Shown here: positions 52,444-63,917 of the stretch, piece by piece | Numbering within the stretch: position 1 is the stretch's first letter | How the letters are laid out: each line of letters opens with the position of its first letter | Source: Octopus sinensis | Taxonomy: Eukaryota | Direction of reading: 5' to 3' | Assembly (NCBI RefSeq): GCF_006345805.1 | Contig: NC_042998.1 | Span: forward strand, 125,736,001 to 125,800,000 | DNA length: 64,000 nt | The notes under the pieces: generated by a model | Seen by the model: the letters and a program-made list of their open reading frames with translations, nothing else | The model's database searches: none | What the model was told of the DNA's origin: nothing | Program-made: the position numbers and the translations under genes

Positions 52444-52672
52444 TTAACCCTTTAGCATTCAGATTATTCAGTCAAATGCAATACTTATTCATTCACATTA
52501 TTTTCACTTAATCATGCATTATCTCAAAGCTTCAAAATTACAAAGACGTGATTTTATATTTTTTAGAATAACATTGTAGGGTAGGTGTGAGGGGCCAGAT
52601 ACGGTCAGTTTGGACATAAACCAGGTACAATATTTGGGTTGGATATGGCCAGTTTAAATGCTGATGGGTTAA
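52444..52672 (+). mobile_element. piggyBac-like MITE family A
   Basis: TTAA|CCCTTTAGCATT...AATGCTGATGGG|TTAA. Confidence 0.8.
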
Positions 52673-53011
52673 ATAGAGATCCTGCAAAATGTGTGTTATG
52701 TAGATTGGATAATGAGTTTGCAAAGTATATGCTGTGTGGTTAGTGTTATTTTCTTGGAAAATGGTTATATAGGTATGTGTTGTACAGAGATTTTGTAGTC
52801 CTGGCATTGATAATTGTTTTCATTGTTTGTAATTTTTCTTTGTAATGTTCCTTCATTCACTCCTGGCCAATAAAATGACTCCTTGGTGTAGTTATTACTA
52901 GTTGAAAATATGTATGAAATTATGTGAATTTGAACATACAGGTATAAACAAAGAAAGAGAGAATGCATATCTTGCTTTGTTAAATTAGGTGTATTCAATT
53001 AATGACCAATA

Positions 53012-53420
53012 GGCACTGGTGTGGCTGGGTGGTAAGAAGCTTGCTTCCCAACCACTTGGTTCTGAGTTTAGTCTCACTGCATGGCATCTTAGGCAAGTGT
53101 TTTCTGCTTATACCCTCAGGCTGACTAAAGCCTTGTGAGTGGATTTGGTTAATGAGAACTAAAAGAAGCCTGTTGTATATATATATATGTATATATGTGT
53201 GTGTGTGCCTTTGTGTCTGTGTTTGTCCCTCCACCATCACTTGACAGCTGATGTTGGTGGGTTTACATCCCCCGTAACTTAGCGCTTCGGCAAAAGAGAC
53301 CAATAGAATTAGTACTTGGCTCACAAAGTATAAATCCTGGGGTTGATTTCTTCGACTAAAACTCTCTAAGGTAGTGCTCCAACATGGTCGCAGTAAAATG
53401 ACTGAAACAAGTAAGAGAGT
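53012..53420 (+). mobile_element. Full-length SINE family 3
   Basis: Homologous to 14797-15235. Confidence 0.86.
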
Positions 53421-53462
53421 AATAAACTTTATTTGACTATAATTATTGCTACCATTATTATC

Positions 53463-53513
<51 letters not shown>

Positions 53514-53514
53514 G

Positions 53515-54300
53515 AGGTAACTAAGAGTGTTGGAAGAAATGCTTTGCAGTATTTGTTGTGGCTCTTCATGATCTAAGTTCAAATCCTGCCAAGGCCAACT
53601 TTGCCCTTTCATCCTTTCATAGTTGATAAAATATAGTATTAATCGAGCACTGGGGTCTGATGGTATTGACTAACAATCTCCCCATAAAATTGCTGGCCTT
53701 GTGCCAAAATTGGAAACCTTTATTATTCCTCTCATGGTCAACTTTGCCTTTCATAATTCCATGATCAATAAAATAAAGTACCAATCACATACTAGGGTGA
53801 TAACCTTGTTCCAAAATATGAAATCATTATTATTATTATTATTATCATTATTATTATTATTATATTCTATATTTTAGCTTTGTTTCATGGTGTTTTAGTT
53901 ATTACCTGAGATCTAAGACTAGTGACCATATTATAATGATAGGAATTTTCTCAAGCGATGGGCTTTTGAGATTAGCGCAATTTTTTGGACATCATGTATA
54001 TTTGATTTTTCTGGGTATTTTATCAATGATAATTGAAGACCCTTTTTAACCACACCTAGTCCCCCATTATTATTGTTATTGTTGTTAAGGCAGCAAGATG
54101 GGAGAATCATTAGCACAATGGGCAAAATACTTTGTGGCATTTCATCCATCTTTATGATCTAAGTTCAAACTCCACCGAGGTCGACTTTGCCTTTCAACCT
54201 TTCAGGCTTGAAGAATTAAGTATCAGTGAAACACTGAGGTTGATGTAATCGACTAGTCCCCCTCATGCAAAATTTCAGGCCTTGTGCCTTTAGTAGAAAG
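53515..54300 (+). mobile_element. SINE family 1 copies (53515-53720, partial 53735-53810, 54078-54300) within (TTA)n, plus a short minus-strand R4/Dong 3' fragment (about 53900-54060)
   Basis: Sense-oriented SINE1 motifs aagttcaaa..ctgcc.aggtc.actttgcctttca. The minus-strand IHDVQKIALISKAHRLRKFLSL is an RLE C-terminus. Confidence 0.78.
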
Positions 54301-54314
54301 GATTATTATTATTA

Positions 54315-54350
<36 letters not shown>

Positions 54351-54420
54351 CATCATCAATTCTTTTGTTATGCTCTGAGTTAAAATTCCTCTGGGGTCAG
54401 GATTATTATTGTTATTATTA

Positions 54421-54471
<51 letters not shown>

Positions 54472-54512
54472 ATTGTAATTAATGCTCTAACTGAAATTTT
54501 GTTTCAATGCAG

Positions 54513-54656
54513 AGAAAGGACAGCCGCCGTTATATACATAAGGCTATTGTTAAATGTGAAAGTGAAACTCAAACAGACACACATTTCATTGAGAAGAATA
54601 TTGTTAAATCCTATGAGTGGAATGAATGGGAACTTCGGCGAAAGGCTGTTAAACTG
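54513..54656 (+). CDS. CFAP206: CFAP206 coding exon (window exon 11)
   Basis: aatgcag|AGA acceptor and CTG|gtaaaa donor. Encodes RKDSRRYIHKAIVKCESETQTDTHFIEKNIVKSYEWNEWELRRKAVKL (YEWNEWELRRKA hallmark). Confidence 0.96.
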
Positions 54657-55619
54657 GTAAAAAAACTCATATAACATTGTTGCTTAATGTCAAATCAGCT
54701 CCCATTGAGCAGATCTATTTTTTAAAGACTTTTCACTGTTAACTTCCTGTGCATATTCTATGTACTATTCATATAATTTTGGCTATTTTTTCTGATGAGT
54801 TGTGGCATACCTGAGCACTATATACAACAAGTTCATTGTTATTTTTATTTTAAAGCCATTTCAAACATGGACACACTATTTATATGTTTATTTATTTTTT
54901 TATATCCAGTAAGTGAAGGCATGGCTGTGTGGTAAGAAGCTTGCTTCTCAACCATATGGTTCTCGGAAGTTGACTCATTCAATGTCAGAATAGATTTTTA
55001 CAGAAAAAATATAATGAAGTTGACTTTTATTTATGCTGGTCGGTATAATGCTTACTTTCTCTGTATAAATTTCCTAAAACCATTAAATGGTTAACTACTT
55101 TTTGAAGTTTGATGTTCATACTGATAATCATGGTACAGGCCATATTTTACATTGCTTGGAGTTTCTACCTATTGCAATGGAGCCCAGCAATTTCCTTAAA
55201 TAGATCAGTTTTTCTCCACTTAGGGAGTCTAGCTTGCATTTGCACCAGAAAGCCATTTGCATGCTCCCCCATGTTACAACACAATCAAATGCCTCACCAC
55301 TGATATTGGCGATATCAGCTCTTACTGCATCTAAATGTTGGATTAAATGGCTCATATTTAGTTTTATTCCTCTATTGTCTGAGTACCAGTTTTGCCAGGC
55401 TTGTTTCTTTCTATATTTCTGATATTGATACCAGTACCAGTAACGTATGAAGGTTGAGTCAATTGATTGTACTTAATAATGTAATTATTGTATACAGTGT
55501 TCAGGGGCACTACAGTTCATGACAAAAAGTAGCTAAAAGTGCATAAACTGTACATAGAATAATGCATAGGAAATTATCAGCGAATGAGTCATTAAAAGAA
55601 AAAGGAGGAGGAATCAAGT

Positions 55620-55810
55620 GTACTGCTGGTGAATTTCAAGAAGCATGGAAGTTTTGAAAGTGTCCCGACAGCCAACTACTGATGCAAGTGGTTTATTCCA
55701 TGCTTCAGCAATTCTGAGCATGAAAACATTTCTGAAAGTCATGGGTGCTATGTTATCTTTTGATTTTGTAAACATGTCTGAGTGTTAGACATGGAATTCA
55801 AAAAGGTGTC
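55620..55810 (-). mobile_element. CR1-type LINE 3' end fragment
   Basis: Minus strand reads ...FMLRIAEAWNKPLASVV, matching the CR1/L2 C-terminal FFS.RVV..WN.LP..VV pattern. Confidence 0.6.
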
Positions 55811-56427
55811 CTTCATATCTGTAACTACCTTTTACAAATCAGTGTAAGAAATAAAAATTATTAACACTGGACTGAATACCTTTCAGTATTTGGTTTAGAG
55901 TAGTATTTATGCTGGCATCTTGTTTTCTGTGTTCAAATTCCACTAAGTCAATTTTGTTCTGAGTTCAATTATTAACGGTAAGGTGGACTGACAGGGAAAT
56001 GAAAGCATCTTTGCAAGATTTGTTTTGGCTCTTGCATTCTGAGTTCAAATCAAGCTAACTTAATCTGCCTCTCACTTTAAGACCATCACCTGGGCCTTGG
56101 GTGCCTTTAGTAAAGCTCACTTAGTTTCAAATATTTAGGCCAGGTCTTTGGTTTGAAGATATCTTCCATCCACCAGTCATGTAAATAGTTATAAGCTCCA
56201 CCTTCGATTAAAAGATTAAAAAATGTTCAGATCCTAGCTGTACCAGCTTTACTGTTTGATAAAATAAGTACTGGTCTTCTAAAGGGTCAATTCCATAAAC
56301 TATATTGACCCTCTCTATGAAGCTCTGGGCTTGTAAAACACCTTTGAGAATTGTTGCTAATGTAATATTACCAGAAACTTTAATATGCAAGAAATTAATA
56401 ACATTATATAAAACCTTTCTTTAACAG

Positions 56428-56520
56428 ACTGATCTGCGCCATAAACTAACACATTCAACTCAAACTGATGCCAGCAGTCACCGGAAGATTGTCACTACAC
56501 AAACTTACTTACCAAAGTAA
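56428..56520 (+). CDS. CFAP206: CFAP206 coding exon (window exon 12); ends either at TAA 56518-56520 or at a donor after 56516
   Basis: ttaacag|ACT acceptor. Encodes TDLRHKLTHSTQTDASSHRKIVTTQTYLPK (cf. ANLRQKVTHSVQTDLSHLRRENCSQVYPPK). The 3' end is ambiguous: CCA AA|G TAA TG. Confidence 0.85.
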   Translation, partial: TDLRHKLTHSTQTDASSHRKIVTTQTYLPK

Positions 56521-57361
56521 TGTAGTTTTAATGTTTCTTTTGATTAATGAGGATAGGGTGAACATAAAAGATGTTGTTAGCCTCAAATCAATCCTGATTG
56601 CACAGACCTATGATTAAAGTTATTCTGGACTTGTTTTAAGGCACAACTGTATCTAGGTTTAGGACTTTTTACCCTTTAGATTTGTTTTTAAGGATGTGAT
56701 TTGAGGGAGATTTAGCTACTGTTTTTATCAAAGCAATCATGTAGAGGCCTGACACAAAGAAGTGTTATTGTTTGGGAGAAATAGTAGAATTTATTTTTGT
56801 TACTCACAATCTGAATTTGATTTCCACAAAGGTCACCTTTGCCTTCATCCTTTTAGGATGAACAAAAGAAGTACCAGATATATACCCCAACCCCATTCTC
56901 TACAAAACTGAGTGGGACATTGAATAAAGAACAGTAGCTTGGAGGAGACAGAGCAGCCTACTCCAGGTGACACTTTTGAGTTGTATAAACCTGTATAAGT
57001 TTGGGTGAGGAGTCAGAATAGAGGGAAAAACATTATTCAATGTGGGAAATTATTATATATTTCTTATCAAAAATATTTTCATTTGCATAAATTAATAATA
57101 CTTAGTGTCCTTCTTGATGTTTAACCCAAGCTCCCAATCAAGCAGATCAATGATCAAAGCCATTGTAGCCTATCAGTGTCTTAATTTGAGAGTGCGCATT
57201 GCCCAGAACAGCCCTTCAGTTTTTCCCTCTATTCTGACTCCTCACCCAAACCTATACAGGTTTATACAACTCAAAAGTGTCACCTGGAGTAGGCTGTTCT
57301 GCCTCCTCCAAGCTACTGTTCTTTGTTCAATGTGCCTTCTTTTTTTAAGAGGATAGGTTAT

Positions 57362-57690
57362 GTGAAGGTGCATGGCTCAGTGGTTAGAATGTTGGGCTCA
57401 CAATCATGAGGAAGTGAGTTTGATTCCCAGACCAAGCTGTGTATTGAATTCTTGAGCAAGACACTTTATTTCATATCGCTCCAGTTCACTCAGCTGTAGA
57501 AATGATTTGCAACATCACTGGTGCCAAGCTGTATCAGCCTTTGCCTTTCTCTTGGATAACACCAGCGGTGTGGAGAGGGGAAGCTGGTATGCATGGGAGA
57601 CTGCTGGTCTTCCATAAGCAACCTTACCCGAACTTGTACCTCAGAGAGGAACTTTCTAGATGCAATCCCAAAGGGGATCTTTACCATTTA
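57362..57690 (+). mobile_element. tRNA-derived SINE (family 4)
   Basis: ggtgcatggctcagtggttagaatg (A box), gagtttgattccc (B box), and ttgagcaagacacttta core. Confidence 0.72.
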
Positions 57691-58074
57691 GGTTATGATC
57701 TGAAAATTTGGCTGGTTTTTCTGTCAGACTGAGGGACCATACTCCAGCTCTTTCAGTTGTATTTTTAAACATTTATGAGGGGCAAAAATTATTGGCAGTG
57801 TCTTACATGAATATATACCTAAGAGCATGACACTTCATTTCATGTTGCTCCAGTCCACTCAGCTGTAAATGGATAACCCCTGCAAAGGAATAGTTTTCTG
57901 ATTGGGGGGATGTTTGCTTGCTCACATAGCCAGCAGGGCTGCAGCATTAGAAGGTTAAAACAATGTGAAGCATATTGTGACCATCAATGTATAGCAACAT
58001 CTGATAGTCTGGTCAATACCATGAGATATATATATAAAGTAAAGTTGGGGGGTTACCACATGAGTTAAAATATA

Positions 58075-58385
58075 AGGAAAAGAATCTGAAAATGCAGGAG
58101 TCTTTTAAAAGTATTTACTAACCTAACTGATTTGACTTATTTAAAAAGATTTTCAGAAGTAAGGTATGAGACTTTGTGTATCCACTGTGGCATCAAAAAT
58201 TAGTTTATATAAGTGTATTCAAATCAAGTGATTGAGTCTTTGACAATGATAAGAAAATGTTTGAGACTGTGTATCCTCTGTTACAAGTCAAAAAAATAGT
58301 TTACATAAAAACATTCAGATCAGGTAATAAAATTTTTTTACAATGATACAAAGATAAAAATTAGTTAACATAAATATACCCAAAT
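58075..58385 (+). repeat. About 300-bp AT-rich repeat, left arm of an inverted pair
   Basis: Reverse complement of 61575-61872. Internal subrepeats gtatcc.ctgt and ttgacaatgataagaaaa. Confidence 0.8.
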
Positions 58386-58899
58386 CAAGTAATAGAGTCT
58401 TTGACAAAAAGATAAAACATGTCTAATTTGTCAACTAGTGGGTGCTAAAGTTTTAGTCTCACTGTGATCAGAAGACATAATTGTTTGCAGCATCTTAAAT
58501 TGAAAAAAAGGTGAGTAGAGAAATAACAGACCATTCATAGTTCTCAGATCTGGCTGTAGGGTCTCACATCTGGATGGACTTCGATAGTTACTACTATTTT
58601 ATACAGAAATGGTAGCTCAAAATTGCCTTCTTTTTCAAAAAACAATGTGGTTGGTTGATGACAGTCAGATGATCAAAAGATGGTTCTGTTTAAAAAAAAA
58701 AGTGGCTTAGAATTGCTTTCTCATTAAAAACAGTGTGGGTGGTTGATGGCAGTTACATGCTCAAGAGGTAGTTCATGATTGTTCTGATTTCAAATAGTTG
58801 TTGAGGAACTGGGAAAGGCTTGTTTGGTGAGCTGGTGCTGTTATGGTTCAGTAGTTTTGGCTGGTGTTTTGGGGTTTATATGTACGACTCATAAGTAAA

Positions 58900-60340
58900 G
58901 AATGGTGTGTACGTGTATGTGTATATGTATGTGTGTGTGTTTTTCTGGGAAATGTGAATAGCAGGTTTATGTGTGTACATGTGTTCATGTATGTAGGTGT
59001 TCTGTTTCTGTGTGTACGTGTATGTCTACGTATGTGTGCGTGTGTGTGTGCACGCGTGTGTGTGTGCACGCGTGTGTATACATGTGTGTGCGTGTTGCAG
59101 TTGTTGGGGTGGTGTGTGTGTGTACGTGTGTAAATGTCTGTGTATACCTGTGTATGTGTGTGTGTTATATTTATCAGGGTAGTGTGCTTCTGTGTGTAAG
59201 TGTGTATTTGTATGTATGTGTGTTATATTTGTCAGGGTGCTGTTTGTGTATGTGTTTGTTGCATGTGTACATATGTGTGTATGTATGTGTGCGTGAATGT
59301 GATAGTATGTGTTGTGTTTGTTCGGGCATATGTGTATGGCTGTTTGAGTACATGTGTGTGCATATGCATGTGTGTGTTGCGTTGGTCAGGGCGGTGTGTG
59401 CATGCATGTGGGTATGTGTGTGTGTTATAACTGTCCAGCTGGTATGTGTTATATTTGTGTGTGCCCGTGTGTGTGCATGTGTATGTATTTGTTATGTTTG
59501 TCAGGGTGGTGTGCATATGTGTGTGTGTGTGCGTGCGTGTTTATGTGTGTGTATTGCATTTGTTAGGGTGGTGTGTGCATGTGTGTGTAGTTTTTGTATT
59601 TATTGAGGTGGTATGTGCTATATTTGTCAGGGTGGTATGCGTGTGCATACGTGTGTATGTGTGTGTGTTATATTTGTCAGAGCTGTGTGTGTGTATATGT
59701 GCAAGTGTGTATGTGTATGTGCTTGTGTATGTGTGTATATATGTGTGACTGTTAAATTGTATTGATTGTGTATGCGTATTTTTTCTAGGGAATAGGGATA
59801 TTGTGTTTGTGAGTGTGTGTATGCATGTGTGCGTGGGTTGTATTGTATTTGTGTGTGTATCTGCATAAGTGACTGTGTGTGTATATGTGAATGTGTCTGT
59901 GTGTGCATGTATAGGTGTGTGTTTTTTCTAGGAGTATTATTGTTTTTTCTGGGGAAAAGGGATATTGTGTTTGTGAGTGTGTGTATGCATGTGTGCGTGG
60001 GTTGTATTGTATTTGTGTGTGTGTGTGTACCTGCGTATGTGACTGTGTGTGTATATGTGTGTGTGTCTGTGTGTGCGTGTATAGGTGTGTGTTTTTCTGG
60101 GGAATAGGGATATTGTGTTTGTATGTGTGTGTGTATGCATGTGTGCGTGGGTTGTATTGTATTTGTGTGTGTGTGTATTTATGTATGTGACTGTTTGTGC
60201 GCATATGAGTGTGTCTGTGTGTCTGGGTGTATGTACATGTGTGTATATATGAGTGTGTATGTGTGTGTTTGTTGTGGCTGTGTGTTCCTGGGAGATATTG
60301 TGTTTATGTGTGAATGTGTGTAGGGGTGTGCATGTGTGTA
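58900..60340. repeat. About 1.4-kb (GT)-rich complex satellite with ~60-bp and ~150-165-bp higher-order units
   Basis: Recurrent ttatatttgtcagggtggtgtgc and gggaatagggatattgtgtttg...gcgtgggttgtattgtatttg. Confidence 0.9.
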
Positions 60341-60384
60341 GGAATTAGAATATTGCCTAGTTGTTCTTACATCAGGTGACAGTC

Positions 60385-61570
60385 CAAGTATATTTTTTAA
60401 AGTATTAGAGTATGTTTAAGTGAGGTCTGTATTTTCAAATAAAAATGTTTTCTTTATTTATTCGTATTTGGTCAGTGGTGCTGTCTGGGCAAAGGTACAG
60501 TGGGAAAACTTGGAATTTAGAGGGCTTATTTTATGCAGAGATCTAAGTGGCCACTGAGGGTTAACTGTCCTGCAATTGTTGGCAGTGGACTGTTATCCTG
60601 TCTCTGAGGGTAAGGCTAGTTTGCCCTATGTAATCTTTGTGGCACCCTTTACACCTAATGACATAAATCAAATTTTTTGATGCACAAATAAAAGTTATTT
60701 TTTTATGACAAAAGTATGTTCTGACTGAAATTTATACATTGTACCTTCAATGAGGTGAATGCAAATCTTGCAATTAGAACTACCACATTTTTGGATGGTT
60801 GGTGTTTGGTTTGTGGTAGGTAATTTTGCATTGGTGAGTTATTTTTTTAAGGATCTAGCATTTTATTATTTTATGGATTTTGTGTGCTTTTTTTAATTGT
60901 GGGTCTTGACTTAGTAGTGGGATGTTCTTATGTATAATGATGTAAGCTCCTGTATTTCTTAGGTTGTGTGTTGAGAGATATGGAAGTCTATTTAGCATAC
61001 CTTGAGTGTGTTTCAGTTTTCATAAATCTTGGATTTCAATTGCTTTAGCCCGTTCTATTCCATTATCAATTAATGATGATGAGTACAGTCTTTCGAGTAG
61101 AATTTCCTTTCATTCTTGGAGTTTTCATAATTTGAGACTATTGTACAAATTCTTCTCACTAGATTAAAAGGAATGTTTGTCTTCATGTGCTTTGGGTGGT
61201 GAATAGAAGGTATTGTTTGGAATCAGTCGGTTTGTAGTGGACATCAGTTTCAATGTTTGTCTCTTTTATTATAATGAGATGTCTAGATATGGTAGTTGGT
61301 CTTGACTATATTCCATTGTGAATTGGATATGATTGTTGATGCTGCTAATTAGGTTTTTGAATTTATTGAGTTAGTCAAATGTGTGAGACCATAAAATGAG
61401 GCAGTCATCCAAGTAGCACTTCCAATTCTCTAACAGGTACTTGTAGAAATTCAGGCCATATTTTAATTTGGATTGTTCATATATATGGACTTCCAGGTAA
61501 GCCATAACTAGATTAGTGAAAGTTGGGGCAACTTTTGTACTCATTGCAGTCCCTAATATCTGTTTATAGG
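60385..61570 (-). pseudogene. Degraded Penelope-like element: RT C-terminal half and GIY-YIG endonuclease
   Basis: Minus strand reads YKQILGTAMSTKVAPTFTNLVMAYLE...WKCYLDDCLILW...IQFTMEYS..QLPYLD, TDVHYKPTDSKQYL, NIPFNLVRRI, KCGSSNCKIC, NLIYVIRCK..CHKDYIGQT. Confidence 0.88.
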
Positions 61571-61574
61571 ATAT

Positions 61575-61872
61575 ATTTATGTAAACTAATTTTTATTTTC
61601 TTATCATTGTAAAAAAAATTCTTACCTGATCTGAGTGTTTTTATGTAAACTATTTTTTGACTCATCACAGAGGATACAAAAGCCATAAACTTTTTTCTTA
61701 TCATTGTCAAAAACTATATCACTTGATTTGAATACATTTATGCAAAATAATTTTTGATACCACAGAGGATACGCAAAGCCTCATACCTTACTTTTGAAAA
61801 TATTTTTAGATAAGTGAAACCAATTAAGTTAATAAATTTTAAAAAGATTCCTGTATTTTCAAGTTCTTTTCT
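61575..61872 (-). repeat. About 300-bp AT-rich repeat, right arm of the inverted pair
   Basis: Reverse complement of 58075-58385. Confidence 0.8.
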
Positions 61873-62626
61873 TTACACACACACATACACACATATACAC
61901 CATACTCACACACACACACACACAAACATGTGCACGCACATATGACACTGCTTTTTAAATAGCAGCCCTCGATTGATTGTAGATTGCTTTGATATTGATG
62001 TTTAAAGAATATTTAATTTATCATATTTTACATTTTATATGAGTTCTTGTTTCACATTAGTTTGCTCTTTTTATATTAGACAATGCATTGTCAGTAAGGT
62101 ATCAGAGGCAAAGTATTTCTAAACTAAATCCAGGATAATGAATGGACAGGATTTCAACATCCATGGTCATGTAACAAGTTCAGCTAATGTTGTAGCTTCA
62201 GCAACTATGGTCTAGTTGAAGCCTCATGATGTTTTTGTTCCTTTGTAAACCAAAGATATCAATATTCTGCTTTGGTGTGCTTGATGAAAAGCTGAGAAGA
62301 AGCTGTCTCTGAAGTTGATTCCACTGTACATAACACTGGATCAAATTTAGATATGTTTGTCATTTATTAGTTAATAGAAGGAAGGATGAGAAATACCCAT
62401 AGCCTTTGTGTCCTTGTTTTAAGCTGGTACGGTGTTATTTGATGGAAAATTAACTGTTGTTACTGTTTATTGGGAAACAATTGATAAGGAGGGAGTTCTG
62501 AAGAAAGGCAAATTTTTTCAGTATGAGGACTAGGGTTAAGACACAGTAGTGGTCATGAAAAGAGAAGTTGTGAACTTTAATCAGTTGGTTTGATAAATAA
62601 TTTATTGCAGATCAGAATGTGCATAT

Positions 62627-63917
62627 GCAGGTCATCCCATAAGTTCTGTCCAATTTTATCTTTTTTAAAATTGAATGAAATTTAATAGTATTTTAGAATG
62701 TCTAATGGAATTATTAAAAATTATTTTTATGCATTTGTGTACATTCAAACTAATTAAATATTATTTTACACAATAATATAATTAAAATTTCTTTGATTAA
62801 AACCCTTTCTAACATGGAAGTATCCAAAGAGCAGTTGAGGTACATAATGCTTTATGAGTACAAAAAAGGAAACTCTGCAGCTGAAGCGACTCGAAACATA
62901 CACTTAGTTTATGGGAAAGAATGCTTGAATGAAAGAACTTGCAGAAGATGGTTTGCAAAGTTCAGAAGTGGAGATTTCAGCCTTGAAGATGAAGATCGAA
63001 CAGGATGTCCAGTTGAGTTTGATGATAAGCTCTTTGAGGCATTACTTGAAAAAAATCCTGCATTATCAGTTGAAGAATTGGCAATAAAGCTTAGTTCAAA
63101 CTATACAACTGTTCATTGTCATCTTCAACAACTTGGAAAGGTTCCTAAACTTGGAAAAAGGATGCCTCATGAATTGTCTGAAAGCAACTGCAAATCCTGA
63201 GTTGACATCTGCTCTTCTCTCCATTCTCACGAACTCATTTCACTCTTTTTGGATAGACTTGTGACTGGTGACGAAAAATGGATCTTCTATCAAAATGTTA
63301 AACATCGTAAACAGTTGCTTGGTAAAAGGGAAAAAGCTCAACCACAACCGAAACGGGAACTTCATTGGAAAAATCTTCTTCTCTCTATCTGGTGGGATTG
63401 CAAAGGAGTGATTCACTTTGAATTGTTACCACCTAATGCAACAATCAATGCTCAAGTCTACTGTCAGTAATTAGAGTGTTTGAACCAAGCTTTGAAGAAA
63501 AAAGACCTGCTTTAGTGAATCGGAAAGGAGCAATGTTTCATCAGTACAATGCACGACTCCACACTGCAAAGATCACATCACAGAAGATCAAAGAGCTTGG
63601 TTGGGAAAAAAATTCTTCATTCATCTTATCCTCCCGACCTTGCTCCATCAGACTACCATTTGTTTCGTAGTTTACAGAATCATTCGGGGGACATAACTTT
63701 TGCAAGCCAGGAGGAGGTCGAAATTGACATTTCAGAGTTCTTCGCTTTGAAGCCAAAGGAGTTTTACATTGATGAGATTAAAAGGCTTGTAAATAGATGG
63801 AAGGAAGCCATAGATAATCAGGGAAAGTACATTGATGATTAAATTTCAATTAAATATAACATTTGATCACTTGTTTTCTTTATTCAAAATTTGGATAGAA
63901 CTTATGGGATGACCTGA
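62627..63917 (+). mobile_element. Full-length mariner transposon with inactivated transposase (62814-63842)
   Basis: TIRs caggtcatcccataagttctgtccaa / ttggatagaacttatgggatgacctg. MEVSKEQLRYIMLYEYKKG..RWFAKFRSGDFSLED, PHEL, TGDEKW, HQYNAR (catalytic D mutated), PDLAPSDYHLF. Two stops and frameshifts. Confidence 0.95.

Noticed and set aside
52995-53612. 205-aa minus-strand ORF
   Set aside because: Read-through of SINE3, (AAT)n and SINE1 sequence.
59100-59690. Repeat-spacer-like pattern resembling a CRISPR array
   Set aside because: Repeats are degenerate, the spacers are (GT)-rich low complexity, there are no cas genes, and the context is a eukaryotic satellite.
58848-60323. Many overlapping Cys/Val- or His/Thr-rich ORFs
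   Set aside because: Artefacts of stop-free (GT)n sequence.
60500-62400. Candidate acceptors for the missing CFAP206 last exon (for example atgcag at 60539)
   Set aside because: They give immediate stops or no similarity to the expected C-terminus. The 60.4-61.6 kb region is antisense Penelope.
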